Below are positions 19,122-29,942 of a DNA stretch of 64,000 bases, one piece after another. The position numbers and the translations under genes were made by a program. Positions within the stretch are counted from its first letter, which is position 1. Each line of letters starts with the position of its first letter. The notes beneath the pieces are model-generated. The model searched no databases. It saw only the letters and a list, made by a program, of their open reading frames with translations, and had not been told where the DNA came from. The DNA comes from an uncultured Ktedonobacteraceae bacterium. Lineage in GTDB: Bacteria; Chloroflexota; Ktedonobacteria; Ktedonobacterales; Ktedonobacteraceae. The stretch covers positions 1,861 to 65,860 of the forward strand of contig CAXTCR010000001.1 in NCBI GenBank assembly GCA_964242555.1, written 5' to 3'.

Positions 19122-20932
19122 ACTGTAATCAAGCGCGGTTATTGCTTGCGTCCTATCGTGAATTTGGGCAGAATAAAGCGGGTTCAATGGAGCTAGATGC
19201 GCATCTGGAAGAATGTGCATCGTGCAGGAACATTCTGGCGCAGTACAGCGTTATAGGTGAGCGCGTTCGCATGGTACCTTCGATAGAATCCGCTCCAGAC
19301 GCACATACAAAACTTATGCATGCACTCGCGGCAGAGCATGCACGTTTCCTACAACACGCGTCGAATGCGCAGGCATCATCGGCCTCGTCCGTGCCAGATT
19401 TCCTTAAGCCGTACATGAATGAACATGGGGATGAGAGACACACCGCACAACTCAGAGCCTTCTCTAGTGCCGAGACCGGCCCTCTGCCTGTTCTGCCTGC
19501 GAAACGCAAAAAGCGTGTAGCTCCAACGGGACAATTTGCCGTTCTTGGCCTCGCCGCAAGTTTCCTCATGATATTTTTAGTTGGCGGCCTTGTTTCTCTC
19601 CTGGTGTTGGCCAATCATGGAGTAAATAACAACTCAAATACGGTCATCTCCATTAAAAACCCATCCCTGATAGCGCCGATCAGTTATACGGCAGAGACAG
19701 CGTATTCACATATCGCGAGTGCTGTTGCTACTCCTGGACACGTGTTTTACTCGGCGTATAACGATGATGAGACCCAATGGATGATTGAGGGACTAAGTGG
19801 CACAACGCAGCACAGTGGTACAACAAAGAATGCTGTGAGTGTTCCACTTCTACAAAACAACAGTCAGAATCCACTGTTCGTGTTGGGAGCCTCGTCTCAA
19901 TGGGTCATCTGGCTACAGTTCGACACGCCACAAAACAAAGTTCAACATCACACTTCGAGCACTGCTTTTACACGCACATGGAGTTTGAATGCTCTATCGC
20001 TTCCATCCAATGGAGATGGACAATTTAGAAACGTGATGACGTTGCAACGCGGTACCTTCGATACCACAACAGCCCCTGACTGGGTTCGTACTCCTATCCA
20101 AGGCATCTCATTTATACAACAGGATACATTGCTTGTGGCATCGTTGGATGTGAAGGGTACGGCACAGCTTGTGCGCTACCAACTGGACACGCACGGGGGA
20201 ACAAGTTCTACGCTTATCGCAACGGCTACAAATGGACATGTACTTACCTCGCCCAGCGCAACGGAGGATGGGTCGCGCACATTCTGGTCTGAGGAATGGT
20301 TTACAGATAATCAACAGCCGCATAGTACGGTCTGGACACAGGAGCAAACGCAACAGCTAGTGCATCAGAGGGGCGCGTGGCGTCAGAGTGTCCAGGTGGA
20401 TAAGCATGTCTACGGTTCGGGCGATACATCGTTTCACCCACTCGTCATTAATGACACGCTTTTCTTGCTCAGTACAAGCGATGCGACTGCTCCAACACAA
20501 GGAACTCCAAACGCGGCAAGCAGCCCAACGGTGCAGGCCACGGCTACTTCTGTGCCACTGACACCCGTTATCGCACGCTTCACAACCGTGTATCCTACGC
20601 AGATTGACGAGTTTATACACGGCACCATTCTAGCTGTGCCGCTTTATGATGTAACGGCGCAATCGACAACGCTTTCAAGTGATAGCATGGCGGCGGCACC
20701 ACAAGCAGGAATGCGCTTCCTATTATGGCAGAGCGGTGCAGGCTATCAAATGTATGATGCGGTCGCTAAATCGACGGTGGAAGTGAAAGACAGTACAAAG
20801 GGTGCCTCGTTCCTGGAAGTTAATGGAGACTCGGCGGTATGGGTCGTGGACGCAGCAACTAGAACTGCGACAAAGAATACGACGAGTGTTCAGACTGCGA
20901 CATTCAACATGTTTAACTGGCCTTCGCAGTAG
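19118..20932 (+). CDS. Anti-sigma factor (zf-HC2) with single TM and large extracytoplasmic domain
   Basis: GTG start overlaps the sigma stop by 4 nt. It has the HLEECASCRNIL motif, the TM helix FAVLGLAASFLMIFLVGGLVSLLVLA and about 430 aa outside. Confidence 0.75.
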   Translation: MNCNQARLLLASYREFGQNKAGSMELDAHLEECASCRNILAQYSVIGERVRMVPSIESAPDAHTKLMHALAAEHARFLQHASNAQASSASSVPDFLKPYMNEHGDERHTAQLRAFSSAETGPLPVLPAKRKKRVAPTGQFAVLGLAASFLMIFLVGGLVSLLVLANHGVNNNSNTVISIKNPSLIAPISYTAETAYSHIASAVATPGHVFYSAYNDDETQWMIEGLSGTTQHSGTTKNAVSVPLLQNNSQNPLFVLGASSQWVIWLQFDTPQNKVQHHTSSTAFTRTWSLNALSLPSNGDGQFRNVMTLQRGTFDTTTAPDWVRTPIQGISFIQQDTLLVASLDVKGTAQLVRYQLDTHGGTSSTLIATATNGHVLTSPSATEDGSRTFWSEEWFTDNQQPHSTVWTQEQTQQLVHQRGAWRQSVQVDKHVYGSGDTSFHPLVINDTLFLLSTSDATAPTQGTPNAASSPTVQATATSVPLTPVIARFTTVYPTQIDEFIHGTILAVPLYDVTAQSTTLSSDSMAAAPQAGMRFLLWQSGAGYQMYDAVAKSTVEVKDSTKGASFLEVNGDSAVWVVDAATRTATKNTTSVQTATFNMFNWPSQ

Positions 20933-20936
20933 TCGA

Positions 20937-20990
20937 TAAGGAAAAGGAGCAGGCGAGCGACGTATGTCACTCACCTGCTCCTTTTCCTTA
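20937..20990. terminator. Hairpin between convergent genes (17-bp perfect stem)
   Basis: taaggaaaaggagcagg (20937-20953) pairs with cctgctccttttcctta (20974-20990). Confidence 0.5.
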
Positions 20991-20994
20991 GGCT

Positions 20995-21834
20995 TTATTT
21001 CCCCTCTTTGAGAATGTCGAGATGCATGTTATGGAGCTTATTCTCCATTTCTTGCATTTTTGTGAGCATGACATTCATCTCTAGCTCTGTCTTCACGTTT
21101 ACTTCATAATCGAGGTCTGCTTTGATACGATCTTTCGCGGACTGCCGGTTCTGGCTGATCAGAACGAAGATCGAGAGAAAGATAGCTTCGAGCGACACTG
21201 CCATGGTGAGAAACTGAAATGGATAGGGATCAAACTGAAAGCCTTTTGGACCAAGTGTATTGGCAACAATCCACACGACAAAAGCGATAAGGTTCATGAG
21301 GAGGAAGGGAATAGAGCCGCTGAAATCCGCAATTACGTCCGCGATACGCTGCCCAACCGAAAGTTGCACTTCCTCAGCCTCATTGGGGTTACGACTAACA
21401 CGGGTACGCAGGATATCATCGGTATGTTTGAGGCGTTGCCCCAGTTCCATCAGCACATCGAGGGCAGCATCAGGCCGACGCCGCAGGAAATCAAAGAACT
21501 CATTGCGGTCCAGTTCGAGCGTGACCACCTCGCCTTCGGAGGTCGCGCTGGCCGAGCGCGTCTCGCCGGCCAGCATTGATAGTTCGCCAAAGAATTTTCC
21601 TGGACCAAGCACGTCGAGCACGACCTTTTTGCCATCGCTATCGATGAGCCATATCTCCACCTCGCCACGCTCGATGATGCTAAACGCGCAGCCTAGATCG
21701 CCCGCCCTCATGACCTGCTGCCCCGGTTGGAAAACTCGTTCCGTCATGATTGAGCGGACCTCAGCCCGCTCATTATCATCCATATTCGAGAAAAGTGGTA
21801 TTTCAGCCAGAAGCTTTGTCGTTACTAGACTCAT
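20995..21834 (-). CDS. Cyclic-nucleotide-binding domain protein with C-terminal DUF1003-type membrane module
   Basis: cNMP-binding pattern (FGELSMLAGETRSASA) followed by PYPFQFLTMAVSLEAIFLSIFVLISQNR, which is typical of DUF1003. Confidence 0.75.
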   Translation of the reverse strand: MSLVTTKLLAEIPLFSNMDDNERAEVRSIMTERVFQPGQQVMRAGDLGCAFSIIERGEVEIWLIDSDGKKVVLDVLGPGKFFGELSMLAGETRSASATSEGEVVTLELDRNEFFDFLRRRPDAALDVLMELGQRLKHTDDILRTRVSRNPNEAEEVQLSVGQRIADVIADFSGSIPFLLMNLIAFVVWIVANTLGPKGFQFDPYPFQFLTMAVSLEAIFLSIFVLISQNRQSAKDRIKADLDYEVNVKTELEMNVMLTKMQEMENKLHNMHLDILKEGK

Positions 21835-21854
21835 ATGCCCTCGTTACCCTTTGC

Positions 21855-23003
21855 TCAGCAGCCAAGCGACTTCGCGATAAGCATGCGCTGAACCTCGCTG
21901 GTGCCTTCACCAATTTCGTTAATTTTGACACTGCGGAAGTAGCGTGAGACGGGATACTCGTCCATAAAGCCGTAGCCACCGTGTATCTGCACCGCTTGAT
22001 TTGCCGCGCGGTTGGCGGTCTCCGAAGCGAACAGTTTGGCCATTGATGCCTCACGCGTATAGGGCTTGCCACTCATATGCAGCCATGCAGCCTTATAGTA
22101 CATTAAACGAGCAAGTTCTATTTCGGTAGCCATATCAGCCAGTTTGAACTGGATCGCCTGATTCTTGCTAATAGATTGTCCAAACTGCACCCGTTGCTTT
22201 GCATAGCTTAATGACTCATCGAGACACGCCTGAGCGAGACCAACGGAAAGAGCCGCAATAGCTACGCGACCAGCGTCAAGAATTTGCATAAACTGCTTAA
22301 AGCCATCACCCCTGTGGCCAAGGATATTGCCTTCTGGCACCACACAATCCTCAAAGGCAAGGGGGCGCGTATCCGATGCTTTCCAGGCCATCTTTTTGTA
22401 GGGTTTGCCAATCTCGTAGCCGGGGGTGTCTTTGGGAACAATGATATTGGTGATTTCGTTGCGGCCATCTGGACGCGTGCCGGTGATACAGGTGATGGTG
22501 ACTCCACCCGTCATATCGGTCCCTGCATTTGTAATAAACGCTTTGGAGCCGTTGATGTGCCATTGACCGTCGCGTAGGACTGCACGCGTTTGTGTGCCAC
22601 CGGAGTCGGAACCAGCCTCAGGTTCTGTGAGTCCAAAGGCCCATAATTGCTTGCCGGTTGCCAGTGGAACGAGAAATTGCTGTTTTTGTTCTTCGGTGCC
22701 GAAGAGATAAAAAGGTGAGGCGCCAAGCGAGGTGTGAGCCTCCATTGTGATGCCAACTGAGACATCGCCACGCGAAATCTCTTCGATGGCGATGCAGTAG
22801 GACAAAAAGTCTGCCCCTGCGCCGCCGTACTGTTCGGGAAATGGGAGTCCTAACAGGCCAAGTTCGCCCATTTTGTGAATCAAATCATAGGGGAACTTGC
22901 CAGTTGCATCCATCTCTTCCGCAAGTGGCTTTATTTCTTCTTCCGCGAACTCGCGACATGTATCGCGGATAGCTATTTGCTCGTCATTGAGTGAAAAATC
23001 CAT
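21855..23003 (-). CDS. Acyl-CoA dehydrogenase (short/branched-chain type)
   Basis: 382 aa with GLTEPEAGSD and QIHGGYGFMDEYPVSRYFR signatures. Confidence 0.9.
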   Translation of the reverse strand: MDFSLNDEQIAIRDTCREFAEEEIKPLAEEMDATGKFPYDLIHKMGELGLLGLPFPEQYGGAGADFLSYCIAIEEISRGDVSVGITMEAHTSLGASPFYLFGTEEQKQQFLVPLATGKQLWAFGLTEPEAGSDSGGTQTRAVLRDGQWHINGSKAFITNAGTDMTGGVTITCITGTRPDGRNEITNIIVPKDTPGYEIGKPYKKMAWKASDTRPLAFEDCVVPEGNILGHRGDGFKQFMQILDAGRVAIAALSVGLAQACLDESLSYAKQRVQFGQSISKNQAIQFKLADMATEIELARLMYYKAAWLHMSGKPYTREASMAKLFASETANRAANQAVQIHGGYGFMDEYPVSRYFRSVKINEIGEGTSEVQRMLIAKSLGC

Positions 23004-23094
23004 CGTTGGTTCTCTTTTCTTGCAAGTATATACTACACTACTATATGTAATAATTATACAAGCAACACAGAGAAATTTGCTAAAAATAGTGATT

Positions 23095-23143
23095 AGAAAA
23101 CAAACAAAGACAGAGCAAACTTTATGCTCTGCCTTGTGTTTGT
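23095..23143 (-). terminator. Intrinsic terminator downstream of metK
   Basis: About 16-bp stem (23101-23117 / 23125-23142, one bulge and one mismatch), followed on the - strand by a U-rich run (UUUGUUUGUUUUCU). Confidence 0.6.
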
Positions 23144-23153
23144 TGTCCCCTTG

Positions 23154-24413
23154 TTACGAGACGGTCTCGCTGCTCTCAACGCGTGCTCCAACACCCTTGC
23201 GAAGCATGGGAACTTTGTCTAGCGCCTCCCATGGGGCATCGATGTCGGTGCGACCGAAGTGTCCAAATGCTGCAGTTGGCTGGTAGATGGGGCGACGCAG
23301 GTTCAGGGCTTGGATGATACCAGCGGGTCGCAGATCGAAGTGCTCATTGATGAGGCGAATAATCTCATCATCGGAGACTTTGCCTGTACCGAAGGTTTCG
23401 ACAAATAGAGAAAGCGGGCGAGCGACTCCAATGGCGTAAGAGACCTGGAGTTCGAGGCGGTCGGCAAGACCAGCAGCGACAATGTTCTTCGCGATATGAC
23501 GAGCCGCATATGCAGCGGAGCGGTCTACCTTTGTCGGATCTTTACCACTAAACGCACCGCCACCATGACGAGCCATGCCGCCGTAGGTGTCGACGATGAT
23601 CTTGCGTCCAGTGAGGCCGGCATCGCCCATTGGACCGCCAGTGACGAAGCGCCCTGTTGGGTTCACAAAAATCTTGGTCGACGAGTCAAGCAGGTTCGCG
23701 GGAATGACGGGCTTAATAACATGTTCCAGCACATCGGCATAAATCTGTTCCTGGTCGACATAGCTGGCATGCTGCGTCGAGATCACGACGGTATCGACGC
23801 GCACAGGTCGACCATGCTCATATTGTACCGTGACCTGACTCTTGCCATCTGGTCGCAGGTACGCGAGTGGACCGCTGCCCAGCCACGCTTTGCGGCGCTC
23901 AGTCGAGAGTTGACGTGTCAGTTTGTGTGCGAGGCTGATTGGCATAGGCATGTATTCGGGCGTCTCGTTGCAGGCAAAACCAATCATCATGCCCTGATCG
24001 CCTGCGCCGATTTGCTCAAGCTCATCATCGCTCAGATGCTTCAGGCCGCCGTCCTTCGTCTCCAGTGAACGGCTGACACCCATGTCGATGTCGGGCGACT
24101 GTTTGCCGATGGAGGTAACGATACCGCAGGTGCGGTAGTCAAAGCCGTATTCCGCATTGACATAGCCAACTTGCTCGATGGTTTTGCGCACGATGGCGGG
24201 CATATCTACCCAAGCCGAGGTTGTGATTTCGCCAGCAACCAGCACAAGACCAGTTGTGGTCGCGGTTTCACAGGCGACGCGTGCGACTGGGTCCTGGGTA
24301 AGAATAGCGTCCAGGATGGAATCCGAGATTTGATCGCATAGCTTATCGGGATGTCCTTCCGTCACCGATTCGCTTGTGAAAAACGATTTGGGACTTTCCA
24401 TAAAGTTACTCAA
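23154..24413 (-). CDS. metK: S-adenosylmethionine synthetase
   Basis: [24 protein letters not shown] and GGGAFSGKD motifs. TTG 24413 sits 8 nt after AAGGAG; ATG 24401 is the alternative start. The ORF-track extension to 24635 runs through the riboswitch and is not coding. Confidence 0.9.
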   Translation of the reverse strand: MSNFMESPKSFFTSESVTEGHPDKLCDQISDSILDAILTQDPVARVACETATTTGLVLVAGEITTSAWVDMPAIVRKTIEQVGYVNAEYGFDYRTCGIVTSIGKQSPDIDMGVSRSLETKDGGLKHLSDDELEQIGAGDQGMMIGFACNETPEYMPMPISLAHKLTRQLSTERRKAWLGSGPLAYLRPDGKSQVTVQYEHGRPVRVDTVVISTQHASYVDQEQIYADVLEHVIKPVIPANLLDSSTKIFVNPTGRFVTGGPMGDAGLTGRKIIVDTYGGMARHGGGAFSGKDPTKVDRSAAYAARHIAKNIVAAGLADRLELQVSYAIGVARPLSLFVETFGTGKVSDDEIIRLINEHFDLRPAGIIQALNLRRPIYQPTAAFGHFGRTDIDAPWEALDKVPMLRKGVGARVESSETVS

Positions 24414-24446
24414 ATTATTGTCTCCTTGTGTAAGATTTGACCTGTC

Positions 24447-24550
24447 GTAGGGAGAATGTTCACGGCGTCCAAAACCGATGTATCGCGTATACAATGGCAC
24501 GTATAGCCAATGAATTGGCGTTTTGTGGACGCCGTGAACATTCTCCCTAC
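24447..24550 (-). repeat. 104-nt inverted repeat (24-bp perfect stem plus 5 bp) inside the metK 5' leader
   Basis: Arms 24447-24475 and 24520-24550 read directly, with a 2-nt bulge in the right arm and a loop of about 44 nt that has its own small stems. Confidence 0.6.
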
Positions 24551-24573
24551 CAAGAGGTGAGGAAGGAGGGTAT

Positions 24574-24598
24574 AAAAAAACCCCTGCAATGTAGGGGT
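24574..24598 (-). terminator. Riboswitch expression-platform terminator (ACCCCU-ACAUUGC-AGGGGU-U6)
   Basis: 6-bp GC stem plus a U tract immediately 3' of the SAM-I aptamer. The 3' P1 strand AGGGG can alternatively pair with ACCCCU as an antiterminator. Confidence 0.7.
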
Positions 24599-24615
24599 AT
24601 GGCGTGTTGCACATT

Positions 24616-24740
24616 CCCCTCATCTTGCGAAACATAGCGTGCGATGTTTCACCGGAATTGGCACCCTTCCTGCTATGGTATTAGCAGATGGGTTGCCGGG
24701 CTTCGTCGGGCCGTTTCCCTCCACCTCTCTGGATGAGAGC
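24616..24740 (-). promoter_or_regulatory. SAM-I (S-box) riboswitch aptamer
   Basis: The - strand reads GCUCUCAUCCAGAGAGGUGGAGGGAAACGGCCCGACGAAGCCCGGCAACC...GGGUGCCAAUUCCGG...CAAGAUGAGGGG. This matches the conserved S-box core and P1 pairing, and it lies upstream of metK. Confidence 0.9.
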
Positions 24741-24800
24741 ATTCTCATGCGTATTCAGTTGTAGACTTGCGCTGCAGCATACGTGCTTAACTATACCACT

Positions 24801-24830
24801 ATTCTATGATACGAGAGGGAGGGTTGTCAA
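24801..24830 (-). promoter_or_regulatory. Sigma-70-type promoter for the metK leader (TTGACA-18 nt-TAGAAT)
   Basis: -35 at 24825-24830 and -10 at 24801-24806 on the - strand, about 55 nt upstream of riboswitch P1. Confidence 0.55.
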
Positions 24831-24881
24831 TTCGGCAACAGTGCGGCTTGTCGTTGGTGACAAATCACACTGTTGCCGAAT
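24830..24881 (-). terminator. Hairpin downstream of ahcY (14-bp perfect stem, no U tract)
   Basis: attcggcaacagtg (24830-24843) pairs with cactgttgccgaat (24868-24881), 10 nt after the ahcY stop. Confidence 0.45.
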
Positions 24882-24890
24882 GTGTAGCTG

Positions 24891-26252
<1,362 letters not shown>

Positions 26253-26280
26253 CTATTCTACAACATTTATACGGACGTAT

Positions 26281-27246
26281 TTAACGCGTCCGTGTCGCAT
26301 CCTCTACGGTTGAAAGATGCCACTGGGGGTCGAAGTGTGAGTAGGTCACGAGTTCGTTGTAGCGTCTGGCGATGTCGTCGATAGTCACGGTGCGTAGACG
26401 GTCGATGCTGAAGTCGGCACAGACGAAGGAGCCGATGATATTGCCATGGACCACTGCACGCTTGATATCATCGACGGCATAGCGACCGTTTGCGTCAGGT
26501 TGCACTGTAGAGAGATAACCAAGCAGACCACCAGCGAAACTGTCTCCCGCACCGGTAGGATCAATCACCTCTTCGAGAGGATACGCGGGCGCGGTAAAAT
26601 AGGTGCCATCGGCACCGAAGAGGAGCGCACCATAGCTACCCAATTTCACCACAAGGTATTGTAGCCCCATACCTAAGAGTTGATGTGCACCTTTAAGAAT
26701 GCTAGCCTGACCGGTGTAGTGGCGCACCTCTTCCTCGCTCATGAGCAGGATGTCGACACGTTTGATCACCTCGGTCAAATCGTCTTTGGCTGTAGTGAGC
26801 CAAAGTTCCATTGTGTCCAGCACAGTGAGGCGTGGATGTGGCATCTGATTGAGCACCTCCAGCTGCAGACTCGGTTGGATATTGGCAAGAAAGACAAGCG
26901 GACACCGTTTGTAGGAGTCAGGAACGACTGGATGGAAATTCGCGTACACACCGAGCTGCGTGTCGAGTGTGTCGCGAGCGTTCATATCCATGTGGTAGCG
27001 ACCCGACCAGTAGAATGTTTTGCCTTCCTCGATTTGTAGGCCGGTAAGGTTAATTGGGCGGCTACGGAAGAAGTCGAGGTAGTGCTGGGGAAAATCGGTT
27101 CCAACAACGGCGACAAGATTCACGGAATCATAGAGGGAAGCTGCTGTAGAAAAGAACGAGGCGGCCCCACCAAGCACATGATCCACCTTTGCGAAAGGGG
27201 TCTCTACGCTATCAAAAGCGACGGACCCAACAACAAGAATAGGCAC
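26281..27246 (-). CDS. PfkB-family ribokinase-like kinase (adenosine or pentose kinase candidate)
   Basis: DPTGAGDSFAGG anion-hole motif. GTG 27246 has GGAGGG 6 nt upstream and yields an MPILVVGS N-terminus. The ATG 27297 start in the ORF track would overlap the HD gene by 20 nt. Confidence 0.8.
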   Translation of the reverse strand: MPILVVGSVAFDSVETPFAKVDHVLGGAASFFSTAASLYDSVNLVAVVGTDFPQHYLDFFRSRPINLTGLQIEEGKTFYWSGRYHMDMNARDTLDTQLGVYANFHPVVPDSYKRCPLVFLANIQPSLQLEVLNQMPHPRLTVLDTMELWLTTAKDDLTEVIKRVDILLMSEEEVRHYTGQASILKGAHQLLGMGLQYLVVKLGSYGALLFGADGTYFTAPAYPLEEVIDPTGAGDSFAGGLLGYLSTVQPDANGRYAVDDIKRAVVHGNIIGSFVCADFSIDRLRTVTIDDIARRYNELVTYSHFDPQWHLSTVEDATRTR

Positions 27247-27277
27247 GAAAAGCCCTCCATTTGAATGAGATAGAGCA

Positions 27278-27919
27278 TCAGACGGGCGTGGCATCACTGA
27301 GATGCTCGATTACGCCATCAAGAAATGCGAGTGTACTATGGAATTTATCCCGTGCCATATCACGGGCGGGATCAGTATTGAGAGATTGATACAGGTCAAT
27401 AAAGCGTTCTTCGATGTGACGCAACATCACAGCAAGCATATCTCCAGTAACAGCCCTATTGGTATAACGGGCACCAATCTCGATTAATGACGTTACAACG
27501 GCCAAGCCACTCAATCGTCCTAGTTTGTCAGCATCGTACAGAATACGCCCTTCGAGTGAGGCGGGCACACCTTGTTCAGCAGCACGAGGAGTCATATGCA
27601 CCAGGATGGCCTCCTCTACTTTTCCGATAATTTCTGGCGAGGCGTGCTGCTCCTGCAAAAACTCAACCGCCATACGTGCGGAAGTTTTTTGATGTTGCTG
27701 GAAGCCCTGAGTGGCAGTCGAGATATCGTGCAAATACGCGGCAAGCACCAGCGCATCCATATCTACCGGCTCTGCTCCCTCCTGAGCTTCGTACTCTAAC
27801 GCCAGCATTTTACAGTTCGCGACAACTATGCTAGCATAACGAAACCCTTCGGTCCCCAACGTCTTTTCGGCGTATTGCGCGGTGGCATGAATCATCTTTT
27901 CCCGCTCCACAGTGCTCAT
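27278..27919 (-). CDS. HD-domain metal-dependent phosphohydrolase
   Basis: 213 aa with an HD motif (AAYLHDIS) and downstream His/Asp ligands. AAAGGAG lies 8 nt upstream. It starts 5 nt after the mtnA stop. Confidence 0.75.
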   Translation of the reverse strand: MSTVEREKMIHATAQYAEKTLGTEGFRYASIVVANCKMLALEYEAQEGAEPVDMDALVLAAYLHDISTATQGFQQHQKTSARMAVEFLQEQHASPEIIGKVEEAILVHMTPRAAEQGVPASLEGRILYDADKLGRLSGLAVVTSLIEIGARYTNRAVTGDMLAVMLRHIEERFIDLYQSLNTDPARDMARDKFHSTLAFLDGVIEHLSDATPV

Positions 27920-27924
27920 GCGTA

Positions 27925-29049
27925 TTACTCCTTTCCAACATCCTGCTCAGAACGCGCGCCACACAGATCGGCAAGTGCAGTATCATAGGGAGGACGAGCA
28001 ATGCCGCGCTCTGTAATAATAGCGGTTATATACTTGTGAGGTGTAACGTCAAAGGCTGGATTGGCCACAGACACACCGATTGGCGCGACACGCGTTTCAC
28101 CGACCCTTGTAACCTCATCAGAGTCGCGCTGTTCGATGGGTATAGATTCGCCAGAGGGCAGAGACAGATCAACCGTTGAACATGGCGCAACGACGTATAC
28201 TGGAATAGCGTGGGCATAGGCCAAGACTGCAACACCGTATGTGCCAATTTTGTTAGCAACATCACCATTAGCGGTAATGCGATCGGCACCTACAAATACA
28301 GCCTTTATCCCGCCATGTCGCATAAAGTGTCCCGCCATGTTGTCAGTGATGAGGGTTATAGGGACTCCTGCCTGTCGCAGTTCCCAGGAGGTTAAACGGG
28401 CCCCCTGAAGCACTGGCCGGGTCTCGTCGACAAACACATGTACCCGCTTGCCAGACTTCTGCGCGGTATAGATCGGGGCGAGCGCGGTTCCAATGCCCGC
28501 CGTCGCGAGAGCACCAGCATTGCAATGTGTCAGCAGCACATCACCATCGGCAATCAAGCTATCCCCGTAGAGGCCCATTTGTATACAGGCGGCAGCGTCT
28601 TCGGAAGCGATTGCATGTGCCTCAGCGCGCAGACGTTCAGACAGGGTTTGTGTATCGTCCACCTCGGTACTCGCACAACGCACCATTCGCTCTACAGCCC
28701 ATGCCAAGTTTACCGCAGTTGGACGTGTGCTGCGTAACATTTGGCCGGTATGTTGGAGGTGAGCACGAGCACTTTCACGTGTCACCCCCGTCCCTTGCTC
28801 ATGTAGCAGTCGAGCAAGCGAGAGGGCCATCCCAAAGGCGGCGGTTACACCAATGGCAGGAGCGCCGCGAACTTTTAGCGTTTTGATTGCGGATGCGACT
28901 TGCTCTTCATGAGTCAGTCGCAGCGTCGTCACGTGTAACGGTAGGAGCGATTGGTCAAGCAGACACACGCAGGGTAGGCCATGTTCTTCTTCCCACCATA
29001 CTGTTTTGATATCTGTCGATTGTCCATTGTTATCAACTAGCGTATGCAC
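27925..29049 (-). CDS. mtnA: S-methyl-5-thioribose-1-phosphate isomerase (eIF-2B alpha/beta/delta family)
   Basis: RGAPAIGVTAAFG, DETRPVLQGARLTSWEL and GADRITANGDVANKIGTY motifs. Confidence 0.85.
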   Translation of the reverse strand: MHTLVDNNGQSTDIKTVWWEEEHGLPCVCLLDQSLLPLHVTTLRLTHEEQVASAIKTLKVRGAPAIGVTAAFGMALSLARLLHEQGTGVTRESARAHLQHTGQMLRSTRPTAVNLAWAVERMVRCASTEVDDTQTLSERLRAEAHAIASEDAAACIQMGLYGDSLIADGDVLLTHCNAGALATAGIGTALAPIYTAQKSGKRVHVFVDETRPVLQGARLTSWELRQAGVPITLITDNMAGHFMRHGGIKAVFVGADRITANGDVANKIGTYGVAVLAYAHAIPVYVVAPCSTVDLSLPSGESIPIEQRDSDEVTRVGETRVAPIGVSVANPAFDVTPHKYITAIITERGIARPPYDTALADLCGARSEQDVGKE

Positions 29050-29402
29050 AAACTTCTTCGTTTCTTCTTCCTGTGTGCTCGAGTGAGGGAACTGTCAAAA
29101 CGAGCAAGGGACATTCTACGAGCGTATTCCCCAAATAGTACTAACCAGAGGGGGTAGTGTAGCTTAACTTCTCCACAAGTATGCTAACATGATAGTCGAT
29201 ACCACACGCGAGTGCAAGTAAATATGACCATTCAGATATGTTACTCGTAGCGTCGGTTGTCCGTTCCACTACACAGAAGGTCCAAAAGGTTCTTCCTCAC
29301 GGGCAAGTGTATCCGTACACTTTGCATCCTGGGATATGTGTTGCAAGCTCTTGCTTTGGAACGGACAAGAGAATATTGTAACCATCGAAGGGATTGTAGC
29401 GC

Positions 29403-29942
29403 ATGGCCCAGGTGGAAGTAAAAGAGACATCCTGGTCATTTGACCAAATTTACGACGAATATAAAACACCTATCTATAATTATGTGTATCATTTGGTGGG
29501 GGATCGTGAGCAGGCAGATGATCTAACGCAAGACACGTTCCTGAAGGCGTTCAAAGCATTGCCAAAAATGGATGGCAGTTTGAAGCTATCGGCATGGTTG
29601 TACCGTATTGCAACGAATACAGCATATGATGCGTTACGCCGCCGTAAGTTAATCGCGTGGATGCCATGGCAGGACCTTGACCATGAACCTGCTGATGTTG
29701 AGAGTGCAGACCCACAAGAAATATATGGCACTACGGAATTGGTGCGTACTGCTCTACGTCGTATGCCCCAGCAGTATCGTTCAGCATTACTTTTGTACAC
29801 GCAAGAGGGGTTCTCGTATAGCGAGATTGCCCACACGTTAAATATTGCCGAGAGCGGTGTCAAGATGTACCTCTCGCGCGCACGACAGTCGTTTCGAGAA
29901 CATTACAAGTCCCTTGAACAGGGAATAGGAGGCAACCCATGA
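29403..29942 (+). CDS. ECF sigma factor
   Basis: 179 aa. Region 2 (DDLTQDTFLKAFKAL, WLYRIATNTAYD) and region 4 (FSYSEIAHTLNIAESGVKMYLSRARQSF). Close paralog of 18285-19121. Confidence 0.85.
   Translation: MAQVEVKETSWSFDQIYDEYKTPIYNYVYHLVGDREQADDLTQDTFLKAFKALPKMDGSLKLSAWLYRIATNTAYDALRRRKLIAWMPWQDLDHEPADVESADPQEIYGTTELVRTALRRMPQQYRSALLLYTQEGFSYSEIAHTLNIAESGVKMYLSRARQSFREHYKSLEQGIGGNP

Noticed and set aside
24402-24635. N-terminal ~78-aa extension of the metK ORF in the track (start at 24635), and the + strand ORF 24437-24637
   Set aside because: Both run through the SAM-I riboswitch terminator and the 104-nt inverted repeat. The mirrored peptide fragments (ENVHGV, REHSPY) are simply the two arms translated. 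The conserved MetK N-terminus begins at 24401/24413 behind an AAGGAG.
29358-29395. GGAAC box as an autoregulated ECF promoter for the second sigma gene
   Set aside because: With GGAAC at 29358-29362, any -10 element at the required 16-17 nt spacing would put the TSS inside or after the SD (GAAGGGA at 29387-29393). No CGT-type -10 is present at the right distance.
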